64,000 bases of DNA from Mobula hypostoma (lineage: Eukaryota). Positions within the stretch are counted from its first letter, which is position 1. Each line of letters opens with the position of its first letter. Location: NCBI RefSeq assembly GCF_963921235.1, contig NC_086097.1, positions 153,700,001 to 153,764,000 on the forward strand, written 5' to 3'. A program made the position numbers and the translations under genes. The notes under the pieces were generated by a model that made no database searches, was not told the origin of the DNA, and worked only from the letters and a program-made list of their open reading frames with translations. Of the stretch, positions 23,268 through 36,315 are shown in pieces.

Positions 23268-24650
23268 AGACCATCAGACCAAAAGATAAAGGAGTAGAAT
23301 TAGGCCATTTGTCTCATCACGTCTGATCTGCCATTTCATCATGGCTGATCCATTTTCACTTGCAGCCCCAATCTCCAGCCTTCTCCCCTTTTCCCTTCAC
23401 CATCTAACTAATCAAGAATCTATCAACCTCTGCCTTAACTATACCCAATGACTTGACCTCCACAGCCACCTGCGGCAAATGAATTCCACAGATTCATCAC
23501 TCTCTGGCTAAAGAGATTTCTCCTGTTACAGGAGTCAAACTGGCTCTGTTTTAGGACTCACTCTGGACACTCTGGGGGGCTGTGGTCGAACAAAAGGACC
23601 CTACGAAGAATTCTGGCAATTCTGGACAATGTTTCTTACCTTCTGCATGCTTCCTTGGCTGAACAGAGGAGCACGTTTTGTAATAGACTAAGACAACTGT
23701 GTAGTTCAAACAGCACAATATGAAGTCATTCTTACCCTCGGCCATTAGGCTCTTAGAGAGTCAATCTATAGCTGGGGGAGTGATGAACCCCTCCAGTTAG
23801 GTTGCTTGTGATAACTTATTTTTTTATTCATTCTACTTCTCTTCTAATATCTATATCTGTACACTTGTAATGCTACTGTGACACTGTAATTTACTTTGGG
23901 ATCAATAAAGTATCTATCTATCTATCCCGATCGCCATTCTAAAAGGACACCTCTCTATTCTGAGATTGTGTCCTCTGGTCTTAGACTCCAACACCATAGG
24001 AAACATCTCCATGTCTGAGCTATCAAGGCCTTTCAACATTCAATCAGCTTCAATTAGGTCACCTTTTGTTCTTCTGAATACCAGTGAATACAGGCACAGA
24101 GCAATCAAACAACCTTCATATGACAAGCCTTTCAATCCCAGAATCATTTTTGTTAACCTGCTTTGAACCCATCTCCAATGGCAGCACATCTTTCCTCAGA
24201 TAAGGGGCCAAAACTGCTCATAATACTCCATGTGAGGCCTCAATAGTGCTTTATAAAGACACAGCATTACATCCTTGCTTTCATATTCTAGTACTCTCAA
24301 AATGAACGCTGCCATTGCATTTGTCTTCATCCCCACGGACTCAAACTGCAAATTAACCTTTAGGGAATCCTGCACAAGAACTCCAAAGTTCAGTTGCACC
24401 TCAGATTTTTTTTGAATTTTCTCTCCATTTAGAAAATAGTCTATGCTTTTTATTCTTCTACCAAAGTGCGTAACCATACATTTCCTGACACTGTATTCCA
24501 TCTGCCATTTCTTTGCCCATTCTCCTATTCTGGTCTGTCTAAGTCCTTCTGTAATCTGTCTACTTCCTCAAATCTACCAGCCCTTCCACCAATCTCCATA
24601 TTGCCCACGAAGTGTACCACAAAGCTATCAATTCCATCATCCAGGTCATT
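23268..24650 (-). mobile_element. CR1 LINE fragment interrupted by an insertion at ~23524-23926
   Basis: ORF 24196-24501 (KDVMLCLYKALLRPHMEY) and a CR1 3' UTR at 23268-23523; CR1 sequence resumes at ~23927. Confidence 0.85.
23720..23926 (+). mobile_element. Rex1/Babar-type 3' end nested in CR1
   Basis: SFLPSAIRL, then GGGATCAATAAAG and a (TATC)n tail. Confidence 0.7.
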
Positions 24651-24964
24651 GACTTCAGTAATAAATATGTACTTTGAAAAAAAAATCTATTTTGAACATG
24701 AACTTCGAACCTCCCTGTCTCCATCCACCATTGCAAAAAGAGAAATGGTAAATGTTTCAGGTCTGAACTTTTCATCAAATTTGAGACCGAGGGAAGTTGT
24801 CAGGCCTGCATAGGCAGGCATCTCCCAGTCTCCACTCAGCAAATAGGAGCCACCTGGCACTCGTTTCCAAATCATTGCCTATAGTCTATTTAACCCTAGC
24901 TCTTATCCACAATCTTTTTTCACTTGTTGAACAAGCCAGCCTCATCCAGTTGCTTCCGGCCTTC

Positions 24965-25087
24965 ACAAACAAGAGAAAATCTGCAGATGCTGGAAATCCA
25001 AGCCACACACACAAAATGCTGGAGGAACTCAGCAGGCCAGGCAGCATCTAGGAAAAGAGTACAGTCAATGTTTCAGCCTGAAACGTG
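24965..25087 (-). mobile_element. Penelope-derived short element (one arm)
   Basis: AAGAGAAAATCTGCAGATGCTGGAAATCCAAG...GCTGGAGGAACTCAGCAGGCCAGGCAGCATC. Confidence 0.85.
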
Positions 25088-27359
25088 TTACTTCTGGCAG
25101 TCAGTTGCCTTGTTGTATTCACAGGTTAAGTATCATTTTGTGGCTCATTGTAACTTGTTGTTTTCCAGGTACTAAAGTTATTGCTCACTGCTAAATTGTC
25201 TCTGCTGCTCTGTGCTTGGGTCAAGTCTCCTCTGCATTTCCTGACAGAAGTAAGTCAATCTGGGGAGAATATGGAGGAAGACAATGCATGGACCAAAGGG
25301 GATTCATCTTTGTGTTGTTGGTAATGCAGTAAGTTCTCTATAATGTCCTAGTGATTTTTTTCATCCTGAGAAAGTTGATTTTGTACAGGGGCATCATCGA
25401 TATTCTCAGACTGTGTGGGCACTGTAACTTGATTAGTGGTGGATGTTAGTCTTGGACAAAATTTATAATGTAGTTCTTTAACAATAATATTTTAATTTAA
25501 TCTGTCTCCTTTGAATCAACATTTAAAGAAGAAAAAAAATCAATACCTGCACAGTTTTTACATTGTATGTGTGTGTTGGGGGAGGTGTTGGGTAGGTGGA
25601 AGTTTGGGAAAGGGATTTGTTTTGCTCTTGTTTTATTTTGCTATTTTGTTGCTGCTTGTGTTATTCTGGCGAACATTGTGGGCATGCTATGTTGGTGTGA
25701 GAATGTGTGGCAAAACTTGCAGGCTGCCCCATTACATCCTTGATTGGTTGTCAACCCAAACAACACATTTCACCGTATGTTTCAATGTACTTGTGATAAA
25801 TAAATCTGAATATGTATTTGTAGAAACTGTACAAATGAAAGAGAAAGGAAAAAGTGATGTGACAGGCAAAAAAATGGCCAAACCTGATGCAAACAGACAT
25901 GGAGTAATTTCTGCAAAGGTGTTTTATTCTTTGAGCATTAGCTTAGAGGGTTTGTTGGACCCTGCTGTGACTCGGACAAAAAGTCAGAGTTGTGTGGGAC
26001 ATTAAACCAAAGCTCAAGGTTGCTCGTGTGGAATGTTCTGCAAAGCATCTGTTTGGTTTCTCCAATAGTTCTTTCAATATTGAGAGTCCACTTTATGAAC
26101 ATAGAATGCAGTATACTCAATTGGAAAAAGTTCAGTTGAATTGCTGATCTTCATGGAAAGTCCATTTGAACACCTGGGCTGAGGGAAGGGAAGAGATGAA
26201 AGATGAAAGGACACCTCCTGTCATTGCATGAGCAAGTGCCCTACAAATGGACAGAAGAAAAGTCAAGGAAACACAAAAGGACGTGAATCTTGTTAAAGTT
26301 AGAAATTGAGAAGAATGTTTTGTTGAATATGAAGGCTGATGGTATGGAAGGTGATGGGCAGGGCAAGTCAATTCTTGCTCTATCCAGGAAGAAGATGAGA
26401 ACAAAGATGTGAAATATTAATGAAATGAGGTAAAGAGCTCCGTCCACTATGAGAGAAGGAAATCTATGATTAAAGAAGACATTTCAGAGATAACTTTGTG
26501 GAATATCTCATCATCTGAGTAACTGAACTGAGAGAATGTCACTAACATTCACTAAAACCACAGACTCCCACAACCAAGTACTTTGATTATACTTCCATCC
26601 TGACTCCTGTAATGACCTCATTCCATGCTCTGAGTTCATCCATTTCAAATTCTACAAGTGACCTTCTGTTCAATCACCCCAGCAGTACTACATTTCTCAG
26701 GGAATCACTTTTCCTAGAGTGGGAAGTGAGAATCTGTCACAGATAATTGACAACTAAAAGAAGCATTAACCTGTGCACATTGAACTGGGCTGTAAGTTTC
26801 TGACTTCAAAAACTGCTATCCTTTAGGAATGCATCAGAAATATAAATTACTGTCAGAGTGCTCTTTCTGCCATCACGTTCCAGTATATCAAAATAGATGT
26901 GGTCAGGAAATTGATCCACCAAATAGATTATATGGTGGTGTTGAACATCTCAGCCCAATATTGACCAACATATTCAAAGACCAAGCCAGTGATGATGATG
27001 GCTGACAGTACTGGACACAATGAATATCTTGATTTTCCTGATGTCCAGAGGTAGCACAGGAACGATCCATTCCAGGAATGATTGTTTTGCTGTTCCTATA
27101 AATAGCTCACTGTTGTATCAAGTTATTTTTTAGTGTTGAGGACAGTTCCCAGAGATCTATAGTAGATGGCTCTGTGCCAGCTTATCTTCCCAACTATGAA
27201 TTGGATTTGCACTTTACTGCTGGGGTCTATGACCTAACCGTGGGTGAAATGGAAGAGTTACTTTTTGTATGTGCTCACATACTCACTATGAGTGTGGACC
27301 CTGTACCCTCACATGTTGTGTGTTTGTTAGCTTACCTTGATTGGCTTACTTCATCAAAA

Positions 27360-27725
27360 TATTTATTGAATGGTGAAAGACCTTGACAGAGTGGATATGG
27401 AGAGGATGTTTCTTATGGTGGGAGTGCCTAAGATCAGAGGACATGCCTCAGAATAGAGGGGCATCATCTTAAAATGGAGATGAGGAGGAATTTCTTTTAG
27501 CCAGAGTGTGGTGAATCTGTGGAATTCATTGCCACAGGCAGCTGTGGAGGTCAAGTCTTTATGTTTAAGACAGAGGTTGATTGATTCTTGATTGTTCAGG
27601 GCATGAAGGGATACAAGAGGAAGGCAGGTGATTTGGGGCTGAGGGAAAAATTGATCAGCCATGATAGAGCAGAGAAGACTTGATGGGCCAAATGGTCAAA
27701 TTCTGCTCCTATATTTTATGGCCTT
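27360..27725 (+). mobile_element. CR1 3' end
   Basis: GLDRVDMERMF, RGH.LRI and FF...V.NLWNSLP remnants plus 3' UTR. Confidence 0.85.
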
Positions 27726-29112
27726 ATAAATCCCACCTACTGACCAAGCATTCCACATCACTATTTGAAAGTAAATACATTCTACTGAAAAATCATAATC
27801 TTCTCTTTCCATTGACAGTTTGGAAAATTGTAAGTTCAATATTCAAAAATAATGTATTAATGAAGTACATAGATGTTATCATGTGGGCATTCACATATAA
27901 TACAAAAAAGCAGAATAGAATCAATGAAGTTTTCCCCCATTTCTCACATCAGATTCAGCTTCCATTCTTATCATACATTCCACGTCCAATTTTATAATGT
28001 TTGCATAAAATGTTTCAGTTCTTTATTTTCTAAAAGTAGACATTGACATCAGTATGAAATAGGCAATCTAATAGACCAGTGTTACTAAAATGCATGTTCA
28101 TTTCTCCCTTCAGTTCATTTCAAATGCTGCTGAAAATGCAGTGGCATATTTCAAGGTTCAAAGTAAATTTATCTTCGAAGTACATATGTGTCACCATATG
28201 CAACCCTGAGAGTAATTTTCTTGCGGGCATTCATAACAAATAAAAGAAACACAATTGAATCAATGGAAGACTGCTCCCAACAGAACATCCAGATATATGC
28301 ATCTTTGCTGTCCTGATGTTCCAGGATTCAGGGGAGACCCAATTAAATGGCATCTGCTGTTGACATGTTGTGAAGGTAGCAAATTGGAGTGGAATCAAGT
28401 CACTTCTCAGGCAGGAGTTGGTTTTGTTGTTGCATGAATGAAGTTACTGGAGAAAATTACTGGTAGATACAAAGCAGCTTTTTTATTCGACAAAATTATG
28501 TGCAGTGGCATCATGTGGAGATGCTTTCAGTGGAAAGGTCTCGCTGGCCCAACATGGGGCTCGATATTTTATGTGCCAAACATCAAAGGACAACACAGTA
28601 TTTACAATGAATGGACAATGCTTTCTTTGAAATTACATATAACCTTCACACCTCTCGATTTGCATCCACACCACAGACATCCAAATGAATTTTAATCAGC
28701 ACTGTCTGGTCTGGGATTCACTCCTCTTAGGAACCCATTGGTCAGAGTTGCACTCCAAATTAAATCCATAATGCATACTCAGATGTGAAGAGTGGTAGCC
28801 AAAGTCAATTGCTAAATGTGTATGTCCTAAACCTAAAAATTGCTCTAACAGCTATGTTTTATCACAAACATCTCAAAGTACTTCACTACTGTGGACACAA
28901 GTGCTACTGGATGATAGTCATTGAGGCAGATTTCCACATTCTTAGGCAGTGGGATAATTGCAGCCTGCTTGAAGCAGGTGGGTACCTCAGACTACCGAAG
29001 TGAGTGGTTAAAGATACTGCTGAGCACCCCAGCCAGTTAATCGACTGGGAAGCAACTTGGATCCACTCCAATTTGCCCACCAGAGCAACAGGGGCCTTGT
29101 CATTGGCCCTTC

Positions 29113-29226
29113 TTGGCCCAAACGTCGACTGTACTTTCTTCCATAGCTGATGCCTGGCCTGCAGAGTTCCTGCAGCACTTTGTGTGTATTGTTTGGATTT
29201 CCAGCAGCTGCAGATTTTCTCTTGTT
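29113..29226 (+). mobile_element. Penelope-derived short element (one arm)
   Basis: GGCCCAAACGTCGACTGTAC...GATGCCTGGCCTGCAGAGTTCC...TGGATTTCCAGCAGCTGCAGATTTTCTCTTG. Confidence 0.85.
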
Positions 29227-29234
29227 AGCAATGA

Positions 29235-30425
29235 TGCACATATCAGGATGCTCTTTATTGACATCAGCTTAGCATTCAATACCATAACCCCTCAGAACTT
29301 GTCATTAAGCATCAAGATCTTTGTCTCAATACTTCCTTGTGCAATTGGATCCTCAATTTCCTCACTTGCTGTCCAATCACAATCTCCATCAGCACAAGTG
29401 CACCATGAGGTTGTGTACTAAGCTCTCTGCTCTACTCACTTTACACTTACAAGACTATTGAAACATAGGCTGAATTAAATGTGACAAATCAGCATATAGG
29501 AGGGAGATTGAAAATCTGGCTGAGTGGTGTGATAACACCAACCTCTTATTCAATTGCAGCAAGATCAAGGAGATAATTATTGACTTGAGGAAGAGAAAAA
29601 CAGAGGTTCAGGAGCCAGTCCTTATTGGAGAATCAGTGGTGAAGAGGGTCTGCAACTTTAAATTCTTTGGTGTTATTATTTTGGAGGACATGTCCTGGGC
29701 ACAGCATGCAAGTGTAATTACAAAGAAAGCACGCAGTACCTTTAGTTCCTTAAGAGTTTGCAAAGACTCGGCACGATATCTAAAACTTTGAAAAACTTCT
29801 ACAGGTGAGTAGTGGAAAGTAAATTGACTGGTTGCATCACAGCCCGCTATGGAAACACCAATGCCCTTAAATAGAAAATCCTACAAAATGTAGTGGGTAT
29901 GGCCAAGTCTATCACGGTTAAAGCTCTCCCCATTGTTGAGCACATGTACATGAAACATTGTCGCAGGAAAGCAGCATTGATCAATAGGGAACCCCACCAC
30001 CCAGCACATGCTCTCTTCCTGCTGTTGCCATCAGAAAGAAGGTACAGGAGCCTTAAGACTTAAATAACCAGATTCAGGAACAGTTATTACCCCTCAACCA
30101 TAGCGCTCTTGAACCAAAGGGGATAATTTCAGTCAACTTCACTTGCACCATCATTGAAATGTCCCCATAACCTACAGACTCACGTTTAAGGACTCGTGTT
30201 CTCAGTATTTATTGTTTATTAATATTTCTTTCCTTTTATATTTGCACAGTTTGTTGTCCTTTGCACAGTGGTTGAACTCTCAAGTTGCTGCAGTCTTTCA
30301 TTCATTCTATTGTGGAGTTATTGAGTATTCCCACAAGAAAATGAATCTCAGGGTTGTACATGGTAACATATATGTACTTTGATAATGAGTTTACTTGAAA
30401 CTTTGAGCTTTGAATTTGAACTTTG
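29235..30425 (+). mobile_element. Rex1/Babar-type LINE fragment
   Basis: IRMLFIDISLAFNTI, KEIIIDLRK, FKFFGV, LTGCITA.YGN and NSYYPST motifs; 3' UTR with a TTTGAA-like tail. Confidence 0.85.
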
Positions 30426-31003
30426 GTTCCCTACTACAGTAAGATAGACTGGCAACCTCACAATCTACCTCATCATGATCTTCCACCTTATTGTTTAATT
30501 GCACTATACTTTCTCTGCAGCTGTTACACTTTATTCTGCATTCTGTTATTTTTACCTCTTTCTATCTCAAAGCATGTGCAATGATTTGATCTGTATGAAC
30601 AGTATGCAAGACAAGTTTTCCACTGTACATCACTAAATGTGATTAAAAAATAAATCAATTCCAATTCCAGCTACAAGGTGCTGAACAAGGTTGCCAATGT
30701 TTCCATGTATGTACAATGTACCATGGAGATTAGGATGGAGTAACAAACCCTAGCATGGAATAACTGGCTGGCATTTCTGTAGGCATAACTGGACTTCAGA
30801 AATTTTCAATTGATAATGCATTTTATCTCAATGATAGAACCGCAGATATTTATATAGTTATTTATATTTATGAGCAGACCCAAGCATAAACCAAGGATTA
30901 TTAGAGGGATGACAATTATACAGTAAATTTTTGGCAGCTAATGAAATGCAATGGCTGAGAATATTTGTCTGGAATCCAAAGGGGTTTGACCCAAAATGTC
31001 AAC

Positions 31004-31835
31004 TGTTACGTACCCCGTAACTGGGTTGCCAAACCAGCAGAAATGGACCACTTAGTTGGAGTCTGGATTACTGGAACTAAGAAAGTTTTATTAAAGAAAT
31101 AAGTAACACAGTACTCTAATAGTAAGGATATAAATGCAACAGGTTAGCAATGATAAAACACACATGTACACAGAACTAGGATAATAGGATCAATCAAGTT
31201 CTATCGCAGTCTATGGGTAAAATGATCAGTCTCAAGTGACGCAGAGTTCAGTTCAGTTTACTTCAGTTCGCAGTAATTGCTGTTGTGCCGTTGGGGGGAG
31301 AGAGAGAGAGAGCGAATGATGATATTCAAATCAGATTCAAACAGATCTTTGATATTCCTCGCAGTTAGCTTCCGGGCGAGCCCTTTGTAATGTCTTCTGA
31401 GGTCACCGACTGTGACCCCTCCATTCCGGATACGATCGTTCTTCTGCGGTGAACCTGGCACCCAGGCAAGGGCGGACACACACACCAGGTTCCCGCCGAT
31501 CGTACCTTTTCACCCTGTGCGTCTATGGTCGGTCCTGTGATCAGACCTCCAAAACTCCCACCAACTTGTGGGGGGCACACCGCACTTCCAGGGTCTCGTT
31601 ATCACGTGGTGTCGTGGTGTCTTGCCTCAGCGAACCTGTTCCTTTTATCCTCCTGCTGGGGTATCGCCTATCCATCAAACTTCAAACAGTTCAGGTTCAA
31701 AGCAACCGGTCTGACAATACTCGGAACCGTGTCTCTTTTCGTTAACTCTCTTGTATCTCATATTGGCATTTTGAATGTTTCCCCATTGTCTCTCTTTTCG
31801 GCATCAATCTTCTGATAACTTGGTCTTTTGTCACA
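31004..31835 (-). mobile_element. Solo LTR (Gypsy-like), 832 bp
   Basis: TGTTAC...GTCACA termini, 4-bp TSD CAAC (31000-31003, 31836-31839), and AATAAA on the minus strand near 31090. Confidence 0.85.
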
Positions 31836-33403
31836 CAACATAGATGATGCTTGACCCATTGAATTCCTCCAGCAGAATGTTTGTTGCTGCATATTCCAGT
31901 ATCTGCAGTTCCTTATGTCCGCAATCAATTGCACAGTGTGCTTTGTGAAATTTATACCTTTTGTGCTTAGCATCAAAAAGCAGGGTTGAATTTTTATACA
32001 ATGTCCTGTTGTGACTGAAATGCAAATGTCAATGCACCTCTGAACAAAATTCACCCAAATACATTCCTCACATTTGGATGTGAGAATCAGTGAAAAAATA
32101 AATTGTTGCAGTTCACTCCCAGTTTAATAAGAGGTAGGGAACATAGGTCTATAACCCAAAATATTTTTGAAAGGATTATCTAGGCAGACAACCGATGGAC
32201 TCACTTTCAAGGACTGTATAATTTATGTCCTCTATTATTATCACTTAGTTTTTATTATTTTTATTTTCTCAGCTCAAGCTCCTAAAACCTGAGGTACGGG
32301 CATAGTCAAGCACACTCATTTGTCAATTCCTAGAAACTTTAGGACTGTTCTAGTGGTATTTAGTATTGTGGCTTTCTAAAGATTTACATAGATATTACTG
32401 TGTAGCCCTAATTGTTTAATGCTATTGTGTAGTGTCTTTGGGATGACAACAGTTGTGGATATTACTATCAGAACAATATATACCTTGTTCATGTTTCAAA
32501 GTCTCTCAATCTCCTCTTAATTCAGCATATTTCTGGTGTCTCACTGATTAATTTCTGTGTTCTGTGTGCTTGGAATGGCTGTATCTATTAAATAAGTTGT
32601 TCCTGCTTGTTTATCCTGTATTATTATATTCAAATAGTTCTTATAGATTGTCATATCTGTAATAACTGATCAGTCATAGCATAATATGTTGTATCCTGAC
32701 TCTAAAACTGGATCAGACTTGTATTTATAGTAAGGTGTGATGTCATTTATGAACTTGTATCTTAAATCAAGATCTTGAAGAATGATGTTGGCCACTTGAT
32801 TGTGCCTGTGAAAGTAATCAGATTGTGTTAAACTGTTGCAGTATTCTATAATGCATTGGATTGTTCTAGGTTTTTCTTGGCATTCTCTACATTTATCATA
32901 TTGAATTTGTTGAATTTTTATTTTGCATTTTTGATCATTTTTGTGTTAACCACCTGGTTTTGTATTGCCGCAAGGAACACTTCCATTTCTGGGAGGAGGC
33001 CTCCAACTCTGAGCCAGACATTCGAAGCTTCCTTGTTGAGATCTATCCTGCTCACATGGTGGAGATGTCTTCCATGGAGGTTATGCTCTTCTATTGCTTA
33101 ACTTTTCCTTCTAGAGTGAAAATTTCTTCATTTTTCTGGGTTGTGTTCTCATTTAAGTTTAGTGGTGTGTACTTCTTATCAGAATTACATATGCTCACAT
33201 GAAGTGCTGAATCCCGTTTTCATTGATGAAAATATATCCTTAGAAGTTTTATCTGGCTGTTGTGTACATTGTTAGGTCTGTTAGTTCCCTTCCTTCTTCT
33301 GTCCTAGATAGTGTTAATCTAAGTGTGTTTGTGTGTACATAGTATTTTCTAAAATTTGTCATTTCCTTCATAACTTTTCCAGAGCAGTTTCAAACCAAGG
33401 AAG

Positions 33404-35130
33404 TAGAATCAGAATCAGAATCTGAATCAGAATCAGGTTTATTATCACCTGTGTGAAATTTGTTAGCTTAGCAGCAGCAGTTCAATACAATACATAATAT
33501 AGAACTGACAGACCACTGGAGCAAGGATCCAATCGCAGACCCGGTATTGTGCACACCTGAGGTGCAAATCAAGTTGGCATCAACGTTCAGGCAGAGATCA
33601 AAACATCCAGAAAGATCCAAAAACCAGAATCAGAAAACAGGCAGAGTCGATATTCAGATGGACAGAGTACAGATATAAAAGCTAGAAAAGCTTAGGAAAA
33701 CTTATTGGCACAATCTGGCAACAAACAGGTGAAAACACAAGACTGAAATACACTGAGCAATAAACAGAGGCAGGTGATACATGGAGCACAGTGAGACACA
33801 GGTGTCAGCAATACAGGTAATAATGAGAAACAGGTGAGAGATGGAGTACTCAGTAATACAGGGGCTGGAATAGAGTCGGAGCGGGGACAGGAGCAATGGC
33901 AATACAAAACCACAGACTGACAGCTAGGGGAAAACACAAAAAGACAGAGTTCAACTGGAGATGCTTACAAGAATAGAAGTAAATAAATCAATTACAGTGT
34001 ATGTATATTGAATAGATTAAAAATCATGTAAAAACAAATATATTTAAAAAGTGAGGTAATGTTCACAGGTTCAATATCCATTTAGGAACTGGATGGCAGA
34101 GGGGAAGAAGCTGTTCCTGAATCACTGAGTGTGTGCCTCCAGGCTTCTGTATCTCCTACCTGATGGTAACAATGAGAAAAATGCATGTCCTGGGTGCTGG
34201 GGTTCCTTAATAGTTGATGCTGCCTTTCTGAGACACTGCTCCTTGAAGATGTCCTGAGTACTTTGTAGGCTAGTACTCAAGATGAAGCCGACTAAATTTA
34301 TGACTCTCTGCAACTTCCTTGGTCCTGTGCAGTAGCTCCCCCACCGCCCTCCACCACCACCCGCATACCAGACAGTGATGCAGCCTGTCAGAATGCTCTC
34401 CACAGTACAACTATAGAAGTTTTGGTGTGTCTTTATTGACATACCAAATCTCTTCCAACTTCTAATGAAGTATAATCACTGTCTTGCCTTCTTCATAGCT
34501 GCTTCAATATGTTGGGACCAGGTTAGGTCCTCAGAGATCTTGACACTCAGAAACTTGAAACTGCTCACTCTCTCCACTTCTGATCCGTCTATGAGGATTG
34601 GTATGTGTTCCTTCGTCTTACCCTTCCTGAAGTCCACAATCAGCTCTTTTGTCTTACTGACATTGAGTGCCGGGTTGTTGCTGCAACACCACTCCACTAG
34701 TTGGTATATCTCGCTCCTGAAGCCCTCTTGTTTCGATCTGAGATTCTACCAACAATGGTTGTATCATCAGCAAATTTATAGATGGTGTTTGAGCTCTGCC
34801 TAGCCACACAGTCATGGGTATAGAGAGTAGAGCAGTGGGCTTAGCACACACCCCTGAGGTGCACCAGTGTTGATTGTCAGCGAGGAGGATATGTTATCAC
34901 CAATCCGCACAGATTGTGGTCTTCCAGTTAGGAAGTCGAGGATCCAATTTCAGAAGGAGGTAAAGAGGCCCAGGTTCTGTAACTTATCAATCAAGATTGT
35001 GGGAATGATGGTGTTAGATGCTGAGCTATAGTAGATGAACAGCATCCTGACATAGGTGTTTGTATTGTTCGTATTGTCTACGTCTGTGTGCAGAGTCATT
35101 GAGATTGCATCAGCCGTTGACCTTTTGTGG
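33404..35130 (-). mobile_element. Rex1/Babar-type LINE nested in the R4 element
   Basis: [36 protein letters not shown] and VESILTGCITVWY motifs; (AGAATC)n tail at 33404-33435. Confidence 0.9.
33505..33969 (-). mobile_element. Solo LTR-like insertion in the Rex/Babar 3' UTR
   Basis: Flanked by AGAA on both sides (33501-33504, 33970-33973). The minus strand begins TGTAAG, and repeated CAGGTG boxes resemble fish Gypsy LTRs. The left terminus is imperfect. Confidence 0.65.
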
Positions 35131-36019
35131 TGATTCTGAGATGGTGACAAGGAAGCATCAAATGCCTGGCTCAGAGCTGGAGACCTCTTCCCAAAAGTGG
35201 AAGCATTCCTTGTGGCAATACAGGACCAGCTGGTTAACACAAAGAATACATTAATATGGGTATAGTGAAAGTGTTATTGCCTTTGTTATATTTTTAGTAT
35301 TGAGCTTGTTTGGCAGATTTTCCTTGAAGTAAATTCTGTGGAAAGTTTTCCCTTTATCACACTACTATCTACAGCGTTTGCTCTGCTTGCTGATATCCCA
35401 GGTACTTATGTTTCATACTCATCCATCGGTTGTATTATATCCTGCTGTTCTCTTTTATATTCTATTTGCTCTGTTGCTCCTTTCTTCATGTTTAAGGTTC
35501 TGAACTTATTTAGTTGAAAGTTCATACTTATATCTTTGGTAAATAGTTCTACTATTTCAATTAATTGTTTTAGCTTTACTAATGAAGGAGCATATAATTT
35601 CAGATCATCCATGTATAGAAGGTGTGCCAAGATATAATTTGATTGGTTATTTTTGATTTGATACCCAATTTTTGTCTGATTCTGTAAATTGGGGAACAGT
35701 TTTCTCCTTTAGGTAAGAGATTATTTTTTCCTTCTGTCTCCACTTCAGGCACTTTTTCTGGATTTTTAAGAAAATTGTTGATATGTAGTCTTTGCAGATG
35801 AAGGCCAGGAAAATATTTAAACCAATTAATATTATTATTTGCACAGTTTGTCTTAATTTGTACTTTGGTTGGTTGTCCTTTTGTGTGTAGTTTTTTTTTA
35901 TTGATTTCATTGTATTTCTTTTTATCTACTGTGAATGCCTGCAAGAAAATGAATCAGGGTGACATTTCCATATTTTGATAATACATTTGAGAGTAATAAC
36001 AATTTAATTCTTTGAATAC

Positions 36020-36315
36020 TGGGCACCACTGTAGCATAGCGGTTGTCATGACGCTATTACAGCTCGGGGTGTTCTGGTGTTTGGAGTTCAACACCAGCGC
36101 TGCCTGTGAGGAGTTTGTATGTTCTTAATGTGACCTATGTAGGTTTCCTCCAGGTGCTCCAGTTTCCTCCCACAGGCCAAAGACATGCTGGTTAGTATGT
36201 TAATTGCACACTGTGAATTGTCATGTGATTAGGCTATAGTTAAATAGGTGGGTCGCTCTGCGAATGGGTCTTTAGGCTGATAGGGCCTGTTCCGCATTGT
36301 ATCTCAAAATAAATA
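36020..36315 (+). mobile_element. tRNA-derived V-SINE
   Basis: A/B-box-like head and V-domain GGTTTCCTCCAGGTGCTCCAGTTTCCTCCCACAGGCCAAAGACATG, with a CR1-like 3' tail. Confidence 0.85.

Larger units (their letters stand above)
32265..35825 (-). mobile_element. R4/Dong-clade non-LTR retrotransposon, interrupted by nested insertions
   Basis: HLLYMDDLKLYA (RT, ~35625), NWFKYFPGLH, KEASNVWLRVG.L.PE.E.FL.AIQNQVVNTK (~33030), RHNQVANII and a terminal LKFLG. Confidence 0.8.

Noticed and set aside
28438..28695. 85-aa ORF in non-repeat DNA
   Set aside because: No recognisable motif in any frame and no convincing splice-site pair.
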